DNA from: an uncultured Candidatus Bathyarchaeia archaeon
Lineage (GTDB): Archaea > Thermoproteota > Bathyarchaeia > TCS64
Length of the DNA: 32,488 bases
Direction: 5' to 3'
Assembly: GCA_964634705.1 (NCBI GenBank)
Contig: CAZWKG010000002.1
Coordinates: forward strand, 1-32,488
A program made the position numbers and the translations under genes. Positions 1 to 8,132 of this stretch are shown piece by piece; the stretch's first letter is position 1, and each line of letters starts with the position of its first letter. The notes beneath the pieces are model-generated. The model was not told the origin of the DNA and made no database searches. It saw only the letters and a program-made list of their open reading frames with translations.

Positions 1-806
1 TGGTTGTGGCCGCGGAGGTCGAGCTCCCAGCGGACCTCCCTTATGATGTCGGCGAAGCTGCCGCGCCTCGACCCCGGCGTGTCGAGCCTGACGGCCTGCA
101 GCCGCCGCCCGAGGGCTTCCGCGGCCATCACCGCCTCCTCCTTCTCGTCGGAGTAGGTGTCGACCAAAGCGACCCGGGGCACATCCGGCGGCATCACCTC
201 GTCGAAGGCCTTCCACGCCGCGACCTGGTCGCCGAACACGATCATCAGCGCATGGGGCATCGTCCCCATCGGCTCGTCCCCGATGGCCTCCGCACCCCGC
301 AGGCTCGAGACCCCGTCGAGGCCGCCGATGTACGCCGCCCTGTCGAGGGCCGGCGCCAGCGCTGGGTGCATCCTCCTAATCCCGAAGGCGACGACAGATT
401 TCTTCCCCGCTGCCATCTTCACTTGGGCGGCTCGGGTCGCCACTCCCGACACCTGGCAGATGAGGCCGAGGAGGGGGGTCTCCAGGGCGCAGAAGTCGTA
501 GTAGGCGCCCTCGATGCGTATGACCGGCTCGTGGACGCCCGCCGCGTCGACGGGATAGAATATGCTTCCCTCCGGTATCGAGTAGACGTCGACGGGGACG
601 CCCTCGAAGAGGTGCGCGACCTCCTCAACGCCGCATAGGATCCCCCACCCCTGGCCGTCAGGCAGCCTCCCCACCGTGACCTCGGCGACGACTCGGACGC
701 GATCCTTACCCTTAGCCTTCAGCACCTCCCTCGTCCTGACGAAGTAGATGTCGGTGGTCCGCCCCGCCTTGATCTCGTCGTCGGTGGCGATGTGGAAGGG
801 GTTCAC
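1..806 (-). CDS. pncB: nicotinate phosphoribosyltransferase, archaeal type (N-terminal part; 3' end beyond window start)
   Basis: Not in the ORF track because it has no stop inside the window. Own minus-strand translation from GTG(806): [116 protein letters not shown]. This fits the NAPRTase/QPRTase family as I remember it. The GTG overlaps the stop of the upstream nicotinamidase gene (GTGA). The listed + ORF 6..638 is its antisense shadow. Confidence 0.8.
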   Translation of the reverse strand, partial: MNPFHIATDDEIKAGRTTDIYFVRTREVLKAKGKDRVRVVAEVTVGRLPDGQGWGILCGVEEVAHLFEGVPVDVYSIPEGSIFYPVDAAGVHEPVIRIEGAYYDFCALETPLLGLICQVSGVATRAAQVKMAAGKKSVVAFGIRRMHPALAPALDRAAYIGGLDGVSSLRGAEAIGDEPMGTMPHALMIVFGDQVAAWKAFDEVMPPDVPRVALVDTYSDEKEEAVMAAEALGRRLQAVRLDTPGSRRGSFADIIREVRWELDLRGHN

Positions 807-1366
807 GCCGTTCGTCCCTCCCTGAGCAGGCCGCCCTTCATCAGCGCCTCGGAGGAGGTGACCTCAGCGCCGTACATCTGCTCCATGTAGCTGAGGCTCG
901 CCCTCTGCGCCTCGTCCGTCGGGGCCTCGACGCCGTCCCTTGGGACGATGATGTGGTAGCCGCGGAAGAATGCGTCGGCGGCCGTGTGCTGGATGCAGAT
1001 GTTGGTGACCAGCCCCGTGAGCACGATGGTGTCGACGCCGAACTCCCTCAACAGACCGTCGAGGCCTGTGGCGTAGAAGCCGCTGTACCGCCGCTTCTTG
1101 ATGTGGTGGTCGCCAGCCTCAGGTTCCAGCTCATCGACGACCTGCGCGCCCTCAGAGCCTTCGACTGCGTGGCGAGGCCAGATGTCGAACTCGCGGTCGC
1201 CCTCAGGCAGATGGGCGTCTGTGACGTAGATTATGGGCACCCCCTCCCCCCGGGCATATCGGAGCAGCCCCTGGATATTCGGCACAATCCTCGCGGACCG
1301 TTCGCTCCCCAGAACGCCGGAGACGAAGTCGTTGATCATGTCTATAACCAGGATGGCAGGCTTCAT
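803..1366 (-). CDS. pncA: nicotinamidase / isochorismatase-family cysteine hydrolase
   Basis: 187 aa. The catalytic triad context typical of the family is present: [14 protein letters not shown] (Asp), [10 protein letters not shown] (Lys), [14 protein letters not shown] (nucleophile Cys). It is translationally coupled to pncB, which supports an NAD-salvage role. Confidence 0.8.
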   Translation of the reverse strand: MKPAILVIDMINDFVSGVLGSERSARIVPNIQGLLRYARGEGVPIIYVTDAHLPEGDREFDIWPRHAVEGSEGAQVVDELEPEAGDHHIKKRRYSGFYATGLDGLLREFGVDTIVLTGLVTNICIQHTAADAFFRGYHIIVPRDGVEAPTDEAQRASLSYMEQMYGAEVTSSEALMKGGLLREGRTA

Positions 1367-1522
1367 ATCTTTGAACCTCCTGAGCTAAACCTCTGTTGAT
1401 GTTTTATTGATCCACCATATAATTCTTTAAGGCCATCAGAGAAGGTGAAAACCTTTATACATCCAGACGTTTTCAAAGTCTTTGCACTTTAGACGCCTGA
1501 GCCAATCAAGGTTGAGAGCGGG

Positions 1523-1954
1523 ATGAGCGGAACTGGTAGGACGGTCGTTGACGCCGAGGGGCTCATCCTCGGCAGGATGGCGAGCATCGTAGCCAAGCGG
1601 CTTCTTGAGGGAGAGCGGATCGAGATCGTGAAAGCCGAGGAAGCGGTTGTCTCGGGGAAGCGGCTCCGGGTGATCAAGGAGTGGAAGGAGTTCCTCGAGG
1701 TCGGCGGCCGGGAGAGGGGACCCATCCACTGGCGGAAGCCGAACACCATCATACGAAGGACCATCCGGGGGATGCTCCCCTACAGGAAGCCCCACGGGAG
1801 GGAGGCCTTCAAGCGTCTCAGGGTCCACATCGGCGTCCCCGAGGAGCTGGCGGACTCCAATATGGAGAGCATCCCGGAGACCCGCGTCGAAAGGCTCGGC
1901 GGCAGGTATGTGACCGTCGGCGAGATCGCTGTCAACATAGGCTGGAAGAGGTAG
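1523..1954 (+). CDS. rpl13: 50S ribosomal protein uL13
   Basis: 143 aa. VVDAEGLILGRMASIVAKRLLEGERIEIVKAEEAVVSGKR and RGMLPYRKPHGREAFKRLRV are classic uL13 strings. It is followed by uS9, as in the conserved archaeal L13-S9 pair. Confidence 0.95.
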   Translation: MSGTGRTVVDAEGLILGRMASIVAKRLLEGERIEIVKAEEAVVSGKRLRVIKEWKEFLEVGGRERGPIHWRKPNTIIRRTIRGMLPYRKPHGREAFKRLRVHIGVPEELADSNMESIPETRVERLGGRYVTVGEIAVNIGWKR

Positions 1955-2011
1955 AGACGGGGTTCAAGTAGGTTTTTATTGGAGGAGAAGGATAGGAGGG
2001 AGCGAAGCTCG

Positions 2012-2422
2012 ATGTCGACAAAGCGGAAGACGCTGCTGGTGACAGGCAAGAGGAAGACCTCTAAGGCGAGGGTCCTCATCACGGAGGGGAAGGGGCGGAT
2101 CCGCATCAACAACACCCCCGTCCACCTATATCAGCCCAGGATAGCGAGGGACAAGGTGCTGGAGCCCCTCATGCTTGCCGGCGAAGTCGCCAAAAAGGTC
2201 GACATCAGGGTCAAAGTCGAAGGCGGAGGCTTCATAAGCCAAGCCGAAGCCGTAAGGATGGGCATCGCCCAGGGTCTCGTCAAGTGGTCCAGGAGCAAGA
2301 GGCTCAGAAACATCTACCTCGAGTACGACAGGCCCATGCTGGCAGGAGACGGGCGCCGCAAGGAGCCAAAAAAGTTCGGAGGCCCCGGCGCAAGGAGTAG
2401 AAAACAGAAGTCGTACAGGTAG
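2012..2422 (+). CDS. rps9: 30S ribosomal protein uS9
   Basis: The ORF track starts at TTG 1979. I prefer ATG 2012 (MSTKRKTLLVTGKRKTSKARV), which is preceded by GGAGGG. GGGFISQAEAVRMGIAQGLV and the C-terminal ..ARSRKQKSYR are uS9 hallmarks. Confidence 0.93.
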   Translation: MSTKRKTLLVTGKRKTSKARVLITEGKGRIRINNTPVHLYQPRIARDKVLEPLMLAGEVAKKVDIRVKVEGGGFISQAEAVRMGIAQGLVKWSRSKRLRNIYLEYDRPMLAGDGRRKEPKKFGGPGARSRKQKSYR

Positions 2423-2443
2423 CCGACATCGGAAGGCATACTC

Positions 2444-2755
2444 ATGGTCAGGATGATCTCATCAACCGTCAGGCGCGGAGCCAAGATAAGGACGGGGAAG
2501 GGGTTCTCCCTTGGCGAACTCGAAGAGGCTGGGCTTAGTGTCGGCGAGGCCCGTCACCTCAGCGTCCCCGTCGACCTCAGGCGGAGCACGAGCTATGCTG
2601 AGAACATCGAGAGGCTCCAAGCGTGGATGGAGGAGGCGGAGAGGGAGGGTTTCAGGGTTCACCGCCCGAGGCAGTCCTCGAAGGGCCAGCGAGGGCGCGC
2701 CTACAGGGGGCTGACCAGCTCGGGTAAAAAGATGAGAGGCCTAAAGAAAGCCTGA
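2444..2755 (+). CDS. rpl13e: 50S ribosomal protein eL13 (L13e)
   Basis: 103 aa. RRGAKIRTGKGFSLGELEEAGLSVGEARHLSVPVDLRRSTS resembles the eukaryotic/crenarchaeal L13e core (GFSL.EL..AG.....A...GI.VD.RR). The position in the r-protein cluster supports the call. Confidence 0.7.
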   Translation: MVRMISSTVRRGAKIRTGKGFSLGELEEAGLSVGEARHLSVPVDLRRSTSYAENIERLQAWMEEAEREGFRVHRPRQSSKGQRGRAYRGLTSSGKKMRGLKKA

Positions 2756-2767
2756 AGGCCGGGCGCA

Positions 2768-3928
2768 TCAGTTCAGCTTATCAAGGGCGCTCTGCATCCT
2801 ATCAAAGACTTCGTTGATAATGACCTCGCTAGTGGCTATGCACATGCGGAGGTAGCCATCCCCCCGAGGTCCGTAATGGGTGCCTGCGGTGAAGCGGAGC
2901 CGAGCCTCCTCGAACATATGCTTCTCAAGCTCCTCGCTGGTCACACCGTAGTCGAACCTGGGGAACATCAGGTAGGTGCCCTCTAGCTTGGGGCAGGTGA
3001 CACCCGGAGTCTCATCGAACCTCTTCTCGCAGAGGGCCCTGATCTTGTGGAGGTGCTTCATCACGTCCGCCCTCCACCACTCCAAGGTGTCGTCGAGCAT
3101 CACCGGAGCGGCAGCCCTCGCCAGGGTCGAGGTTCCCCTGAAGACCCCGTTGGCGAGCTTCCTGAGGCGCTCCATCATCTCCTTGTTCGTCGCGCAGAGG
3201 TAGCCCATCTGGAGGCCGGCTACGCCGTAGGTCTTGGAGAAGCCCCAGCTCGTCAATGTCAGGTCGGCGATTTCAGGGCCCCGCGATGCCAAGGTTATGT
3301 GCCTCCTATCGTCGAAGACGATATCCTCCCAGAGCTCGTCGACCATGACGGTGATTCCGTTGTCGACGGCGACGTCCGCTACGCCCTTCAGCTCCTCCTC
3401 GGTCATCACCCTTCCGCAGGGGTTGTGTGGGTTGCAGACGAACATGAGCTTAGTCCTCTCGGTCACCAGCTCCTTCAGCCTCTCGACGTCGAACCTGTAA
3501 TCCTCCTCCATCTCCAGCGGCCAGTAGACCGGCTTCGTGGCCGTTACATCAGTGGCTCTGACGAAGGGGGAGTACATCGGGTCGGTGACGACCACCTCGT
3601 CGCCGGGCTTACAGGCGTACCTGACGGCGAGCCACATCGCGGGTATCACCCCCTGAGTTATCATGAGGTCGTCGGCCGTCGCCTTCAGCCCGTTCCGCTT
3701 CACGATCTTGACCGCTATCGCCTCCCTGGCCGGTTGATCGGTGTTGTAGAAGAGGTCCTCGTCATGGACGGCGTTCAGCAGCGCCCTCTTGATCGCAGGC
3801 GCGACGGGGAAATCGGGGTCTGCAAGCCACAGGGGGATGACGTCGGGTGGGTCCCGATGCCACTTTATGCCGGGTGCAGCGACCATTCCTTCGATGGTCG
3901 CGGAGTTGAAAAACTCTTCTCGGATCAT
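2768..3928 (-). CDS. PLP-dependent aminotransferase class I/II (MalY/PatB-like C-S lyase type)
   Basis: 386 aa. It has NPHNPCGRV and SWGFSKTYGVAGLQMGY (PLP-lysine in the SK motif), plus the LWLADPDFP N-terminal motif typical of the PatB/MalY subgroup. Substrate cannot be assigned from sequence alone. Confidence 0.78.
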   Translation of the reverse strand: MIREEFFNSATIEGMVAAPGIKWHRDPPDVIPLWLADPDFPVAPAIKRALLNAVHDEDLFYNTDQPAREAIAVKIVKRNGLKATADDLMITQGVIPAMWLAVRYACKPGDEVVVTDPMYSPFVRATDVTATKPVYWPLEMEEDYRFDVERLKELVTERTKLMFVCNPHNPCGRVMTEEELKGVADVAVDNGITVMVDELWEDIVFDDRRHITLASRGPEIADLTLTSWGFSKTYGVAGLQMGYLCATNKEMMERLRKLANGVFRGTSTLARAAAPVMLDDTLEWWRADVMKHLHKIRALCEKRFDETPGVTCPKLEGTYLMFPRFDYGVTSEELEKHMFEEARLRFTAGTHYGPRGDGYLRMCIATSEVIINEVFDRMQSALDKLN

Positions 3929-4099
3929 CTTAGACCACTATCGGATCCTTAGGAGACCTAGAGTGCTAATAAGTATTTTAATGCAAGTCGAATGGGTAGC
4001 CGAAGTGGGTCTCTCCGGGTGGCATATCTTCACCACATCCAATATCGGAAAGATATATATCAAGGTTATAAGGCGGCTAAAGAAGGAAGGATAGAACAC

Positions 4100-4357
4100 T
4101 TGATAATACTTATCTATTTTGACTGGTTTGGCAACAGGACCGAGTTTAAGGAGTATAATGAGAAGATTAAACAGGCGTGCGAAAAATTCGGCGTCCGCTA
4201 TTTAGGGTTATATGGTCCTATGAGTGTGAAGTGGAACTATGTCAGCATTTTCGAAGCGGATAGCTTCGACGGGTTTCTAGAGATGGGGAGGCAGGTCACC
4301 CCCCACCCGAAGATGCCCCACCACATAGCAGAGATACTTTTGCCACAAAAGATCTAA
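4100..4357 (+). CDS. small hypothetical protein (about 85 aa)
   Basis: The ORF track gives 3992..4357. The first 108 nt run through an AT-rich promoter-like stretch (AAAGATATATATCAAGG at about 4049-4065) and a GGAAGGA Shine-Dalgarno-like motif, so I prefer the in-frame TTG at 4100 (LIILIYFDWFGNRTEFKEYNEKIKQACEKFG..). I recognise no family. Confidence 0.35.
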   Translation: MIILIYFDWFGNRTEFKEYNEKIKQACEKFGVRYLGLYGPMSVKWNYVSIFEADSFDGFLEMGRQVTPHPKMPHHIAEILLPQKI

Positions 4358-4426
4358 ATCACCCCTCTGTCGAACTGATACGGCGCCGCCTGCAAGGCCT
4401 CGCATGGAAAGAGGCCCTAGCATTTC

Positions 4427-5362
4427 TCATGACGTTAGGTGTGCTCCCTCTTCTTCGATCCCGGCTATGAGGATCTCATGTCCAGGTGCAGCTCTGCGGA
4501 GTATTTCAGCTAGCCTCCCAGCCTGTTCAGATTCAAGGAGAGAGAAGACGACTTCACCGAACATTCCCATGGTGCACGGGACACCGGCTTCATCCGTCCT
4601 TTCAAGCACCGCCCTCAACCGGGGGGTGATGAGGCCCACGTGCTCCGCGAAGCGCCTTGAGAGGCGCATGAACATATCCGGACTCTGATCCCTATGGAGC
4701 TCATCTACGAACCTTCCGCCCAGCTCATTTATCCTCCGTCGGAGCTCCGGGTCTGAGAGGGCCTCCTTCGTGTGGATTGGGCCGAAGGAGAGGCAGACCG
4801 CGGAGAGACCGCAGTGCCTGAACCTCACCGTCTCCCCTATGCCGGGCGCCCCCGGTCTCACCGTCACCCCGAAGCCGCCGCTCAGCTCGGCTAGGACGGT
4901 CCCAAGCCCTGTCCTGCACTCGATCTCGGCGACATGGGCGACCTGGGCTGCCTCGATATGTGAGAGGCCCAGCTCCAAGGCCTCGTTCAGCGCCAATGCA
5001 AGGCTGAGGGCGCCGCCTCCACTAGAGCCGAATCCTGCTCCGATGGGCGTCTGAATATGGTGTTCCACCCATACCCTGTGGGACTCGTCGGAGACGGAGA
5101 GCATCTTTCGAGCCACGTTCTCAGAGACTTCAGCTTCGCAAGTGACATCCCCGTTTATCGAGATGCTAACAGAGTTCCGCTCTGAGGGCTCAACCTTGAC
5201 CTTAGTGCTGACTCCCAAGGTGATGGAGAACCCTGCGCCTCTCGACCCTTTCATAAGTGGATCTTCAGGCTCATCGCAGATCTGGAAGAAGCCAGTAAGG
5301 TGGCCTGGGGCGAAGGCGGAGGCTTCCCTCATGGTTCGCTCCATATTTAACCCACCGTCCAT
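4427..5362 (-). CDS. pantoate kinase (archaeal CoA pathway, GHMP family)
   Basis: 311 aa. It carries the GHMP ATP motif PIGAGFGSSGGGALSLALALNEAL. The N-terminal AFAPGHLTGFFQI and GSRGAGFSI fit COG1829-type PoK rather than archaeal shikimate kinase. It lies on the same strand as panB, panE and PPS. The true start is probably an internal Met (MERTMREA..). Confidence 0.72.
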   Translation of the reverse strand: MDGGLNMERTMREASAFAPGHLTGFFQICDEPEDPLMKGSRGAGFSITLGVSTKVKVEPSERNSVSISINGDVTCEAEVSENVARKMLSVSDESHRVWVEHHIQTPIGAGFGSSGGGALSLALALNEALELGLSHIEAAQVAHVAEIECRTGLGTVLAELSGGFGVTVRPGAPGIGETVRFRHCGLSAVCLSFGPIHTKEALSDPELRRRINELGGRFVDELHRDQSPDMFMRLSRRFAEHVGLITPRLRAVLERTDEAGVPCTMGMFGEVVFSLLESEQAGRLAEILRRAAPGHEILIAGIEEEGAHLTS

Positions 5363-5507
5363 CCGATAAGGGTAATGATTTGTTTACACAACATGCAGCA
5401 TGATATGTAGTTTATTAGTTCAACGACTAAATTGAAAAATCCAACCTTTAACTAGGCACTATCTAACATATGGATGAGACGCTAAGAAAGGAGCATGAGA
5501 GAGGCAT

Positions 5508-5537
5508 CATTGAACCGTGGATGCCGTTGGTTCAATG
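5508..5537 (-). terminator. perfect 9-bp inverted repeat (CATTGAACC / GGTTCAATG, 12-nt loop) spanning the panB stop codon
   Basis: Read directly from the sequence: 5508-5516 pairs with 5529-5537. On the minus-strand transcript it is followed by a pyrimidine/T-rich stretch (..CTCCTTTCTT). It could end the PPS-panE-panB unit ahead of the separate AT-rich PoK promoter region. Confidence 0.3.
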
Positions 5538-6251
5538 GAAGGAATGTGCGTCGTCGGGAAATCTCTCGCTTTGAACGTCGTCCATGAACCGGAGCACGGC
5601 ATCTCTGATGGTCTCGGTCAGGTAGGCGTACCTTTTGACGTGTTTAGGTTTGAAGCCTTCCTCCATGCCGAGCATATCATTGACTACGAGGACCTGTCCG
5701 TCGCAGTGGATTCCTGCGCCTATGCCTATTGTAAGGGATTTGACTGCTTCGGTGATCCGCTTGGCCAGCCGTAGGGGGATGCACTCGAGGACGATGGAGA
5801 AGACGCCGAGGCGGTCAAGCTCCAACGCGTCCTCGTAGATGCGCTCGGCCTCGTCTCTCTTCTTCCCTCTAACTTTGAAGCTCTCTGCGGTCTGCGGTAG
5901 CAGACCTACGTGCCCCATAACCTGTATCCCCGATGAAGTCAGGGCCTCCACGACGCCTTGAGGGTTCCCCTCTAGCTTTACGGCGTCTGCACCCACATCG
6001 ATGAGTCTCTGCGCATTCTCCAACGCGTCCCCCACGGTGTTATACGTGTTTCTAGGCATGTCTGAGACAACCACCACCAACGCCGTCCCACGGGCAACGG
6101 CCTCGGTATGCCTCACCATGTCGAGCATAGTCACTTCCTTCGTGTCCTTATGACCGAGCACAACCATCCCAAGGCTGTCTCCGACCAATAGTATATCGAC
6201 TCCAGCGGAGTCTAAAATTTTAGCCATCTGGTAGTCGTATGCTGTTAGCAT
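5532..6251 (-). CDS. panB: 3-methyl-2-oxobutanoate hydroxymethyltransferase (ketopantoate hydroxymethyltransferase)
   Basis: It has MLTAYDYQMAKILDSAGVDILLVGDSLGMVVLGH and VKLEG, the canonical PanB motifs. The reading frame stays open and PanB-like (..EQLERLKGVRKVT) upstream of the ATG; see the finding on a possible non-ATG start. Confidence 0.9.
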   Translation of the reverse strand: MLTAYDYQMAKILDSAGVDILLVGDSLGMVVLGHKDTKEVTMLDMVRHTEAVARGTALVVVVSDMPRNTYNTVGDALENAQRLIDVGADAVKLEGNPQGVVEALTSSGIQVMGHVGLLPQTAESFKVRGKKRDEAERIYEDALELDRLGVFSIVLECIPLRLAKRITEAVKSLTIGIGAGIHCDGQVLVVNDMLGMEEGFKPKHVKRYAYLTETIRDAVLRFMDDVQSERFPDDAHSFH

Positions 6252-6295
6252 CGTGACCTTCCTGACGCCCTTGAGGCGTTCCAGCTGCTCAATCT

Positions 6296-7207
6296 CTATT
6301 TCCTTCCCTCCATAAACCTAATCAGAGCAACCATCACGTCGTTCACGGGCGTGTCTATGCCGTGCTTCCGCCCTAACGCGGAGACTCTACCGTTCAGGAA
6401 ATCGATCTCCGTCTTCCTCCCCTTGATTATGTCCTGACACATAGAGGACAGGTTCGAGTAACGGGAAACTGCTTTGGCCACTTCGTCCGCCAACGAAGGG
6501 TCTAAGACGACTCCCTCCTCGCTAGCTACTCTTATGCATTCTTCTACGATTCGGCGTCGCACCTCTTTAAGGGGTTCGGCCGCGATCTCATTATTCGAAA
6601 CCCCGAAAAGCGCTGTCAAGGGGTTGATTACGCAATTCATCGTCAGCTTCCGCCAGATATCGGCATCCATCCGATCAGAAAGACGCGTCTCCAAACCGCA
6701 TGAATCGAAAAGAATTTTTACCCTTTCACCGGTCGAGGTTCTTGGCAGAACGGTCTCTCCGAGAAGTTTGACCTCAATCTCGCCCGGCTCCAGTAACTCC
6801 ACACCGCTAGAGGCTAAACCCCTGATTACTCCTATGCTTTGGTCGAGAAGATTCCTTACCAAATCTTCATTTCCTAATCCGTTCTGAAGGACGAGTATAA
6901 CTGTATAAGGGTTCAACAGGCTCCGAATTCCTCTGATCGCCTTCTCCGAGTCCTGGGCCTTAGTTGTGAGCAAAATCAAGGTATCCTTGGAGACCTCTGT
7001 CAGATGGGTTGAGGCTCTGATGAGGAACCTCCCCTCTATCGCTCCCGAGACGATGAGACCTCTTGAGTTTACAGCGTTGACGTGTTCTCCCCTCCCGATT
7101 AGGAGTACGTCTACCCTCTTGGAGAGGAGTGTACCGTAGAAGCTTCCTATCGCACCTGCGCCGAGTACTACTACGTGTCTGAAGTCTGTATATTCATTCT
7201 CGGCCAT
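6296..7207 (-). CDS. panE: 2-dehydropantoate 2-reductase (ketopantoate reductase)
   Basis: 303 aa. It has the Rossmann motif VVVLGAGAIGSFYGTLL and an ApbA/PanE-type C-terminal domain (..NCVINPLTAL.. ..SSMCQDI..GRKTEIDFLNG). It overlaps the PPS gene by 14 nt. Confidence 0.85.
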   Translation of the reverse strand: MAENEYTDFRHVVVLGAGAIGSFYGTLLSKRVDVLLIGRGEHVNAVNSRGLIVSGAIEGRFLIRASTHLTEVSKDTLILLTTKAQDSEKAIRGIRSLLNPYTVILVLQNGLGNEDLVRNLLDQSIGVIRGLASSGVELLEPGEIEVKLLGETVLPRTSTGERVKILFDSCGLETRLSDRMDADIWRKLTMNCVINPLTALFGVSNNEIAAEPLKEVRRRIVEECIRVASEEGVVLDPSLADEVAKAVSRYSNLSSMCQDIIKGRKTEIDFLNGRVSALGRKHGIDTPVNDVMVALIRFMEGRK

Positions 7208-7994
7208 GCAGCTGGATGTACACCCCCTTCTCCGAAAGAGCGTGCAGCCGCTCCTCCATCAATCGCATGGAGTCGGAGAGAGCTTTTTTATTGCTGAATG
7301 CGGTGACCTTTGTTCTTAACTCTTCAGCGTTCAGCCCCCTCGACTTCTTCACCTCTGAGAAAAGCAATGGCATGGCTCTGACGATGTTGTCGACTATGGT
7401 GATGGATGCAAGTTGAGCGGTTCTTGAAAGCGGGTTGAGGTCCACGGCGATCACCGTCTTACCCATCCGTCTCAGCGCCGCGGTCCTATCACCGTCCTCG
7501 AGGGGGACGAAGACGGTATCGGCGATGAGTATTCCCCGCGGGTCAACCCTCCTCCGGTCGCTGTGCACCTCATCGAGACGAGCTGAGGCAGCATCTCCGA
7601 CACCCAGCACTTCCTCTGCACCTGCTTCCATTAGTAGACTTTCGATAGCTGACTCCCTCCCAGGCAGCCTGTGGAACAAGTTAACTTCAAGTTTGGCGTT
7701 TGCCACACTAGCGAGCTCCACAAGCTCTCTTGCGCATAAGGCGGCGGCGTTCCCGTTCACCGATATGACAGGCCTCTCGGCGAGGAGGAGGGCTGCGGCG
7801 GCCGCTGAGATGGCCCGCATTGCAGGGAGGGTAGTTTTCTCGCCGAGGATGTAGTCGAAGGCTTCGCCTCTTCCATGGGCTATTATACCGGCCAGCGCAA
7901 CCACCCTCGTCTCAACATGCGACGTCAGCTGCTCCCTGATACGGATGGACTCCGCCCGTGGATGCCCAGATGACACATGTGTTTCGTAAGTCAT
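7194..7994 (-). CDS. 4-phosphopantoate--beta-alanine ligase (phosphopantothenate synthetase, archaeal)
   Basis: HPRAESIRIRE, IAHGRGEAFDYILGE, PVISVNGNAAAL and LEVNLFHR match the COG1701/DUF137 PPS family as I recall it. The ORF track starts at 8048; I prefer the internal ATG at 7994 (MTYETHVSSGHPR). Confidence 0.78.
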   Translation of the reverse strand: MTYETHVSSGHPRAESIRIREQLTSHVETRVVALAGIIAHGRGEAFDYILGEKTTLPAMRAISAAAAALLLAERPVISVNGNAAALCARELVELASVANAKLEVNLFHRLPGRESAIESLLMEAGAEEVLGVGDAASARLDEVHSDRRRVDPRGILIADTVFVPLEDGDRTAALRRMGKTVIAVDLNPLSRTAQLASITIVDNIVRAMPLLFSEVKKSRGLNAEELRTKVTAFSNKKALSDSMRLMEERLHALSEKGVYIQLHGRE

Positions 7995-8132
7995 AGGATC
8001 TAAACCCCTCTCTCTTTGACCCAAGCTAGGAAATATCCATACATGCACGACTGCTCATGGAGACGAGCTGAAGCTATTATCATAAATTCTCCCTCCATCC
8101 AACAGACTCGGTAGATATGGTTTAAATAGACC

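Noticed and set aside
6-638. 210-aa + strand ORF (also 157..501 + and 419..628 -)
   Set aside because: It is an antisense or off-frame shadow of the pncB gene. The minus strand in the frame set by GTG 806 gives a clean NAPRTase-like translation. The shadow ORF is Arg/Pro/His-rich low-complexity sequence typical of GC-rich antisense frames.
3047-3952. 301-aa + strand ORF opposite the aminotransferase (plus 2976..3203, 3234..3500, 3789..4094)
   Set aside because: The opposite strand carries clear PLP-aminotransferase motifs. The + frame product is Arg/Pro/Gly/His-rich with no recognisable domain.
4396-4416. Hairpin GGCCTC-N9-GAGGCC between the convergent small ORF and the PoK gene
   Set aside because: It has only a 6-bp stem and no adjacent T-run, which is too weak to call a terminator.
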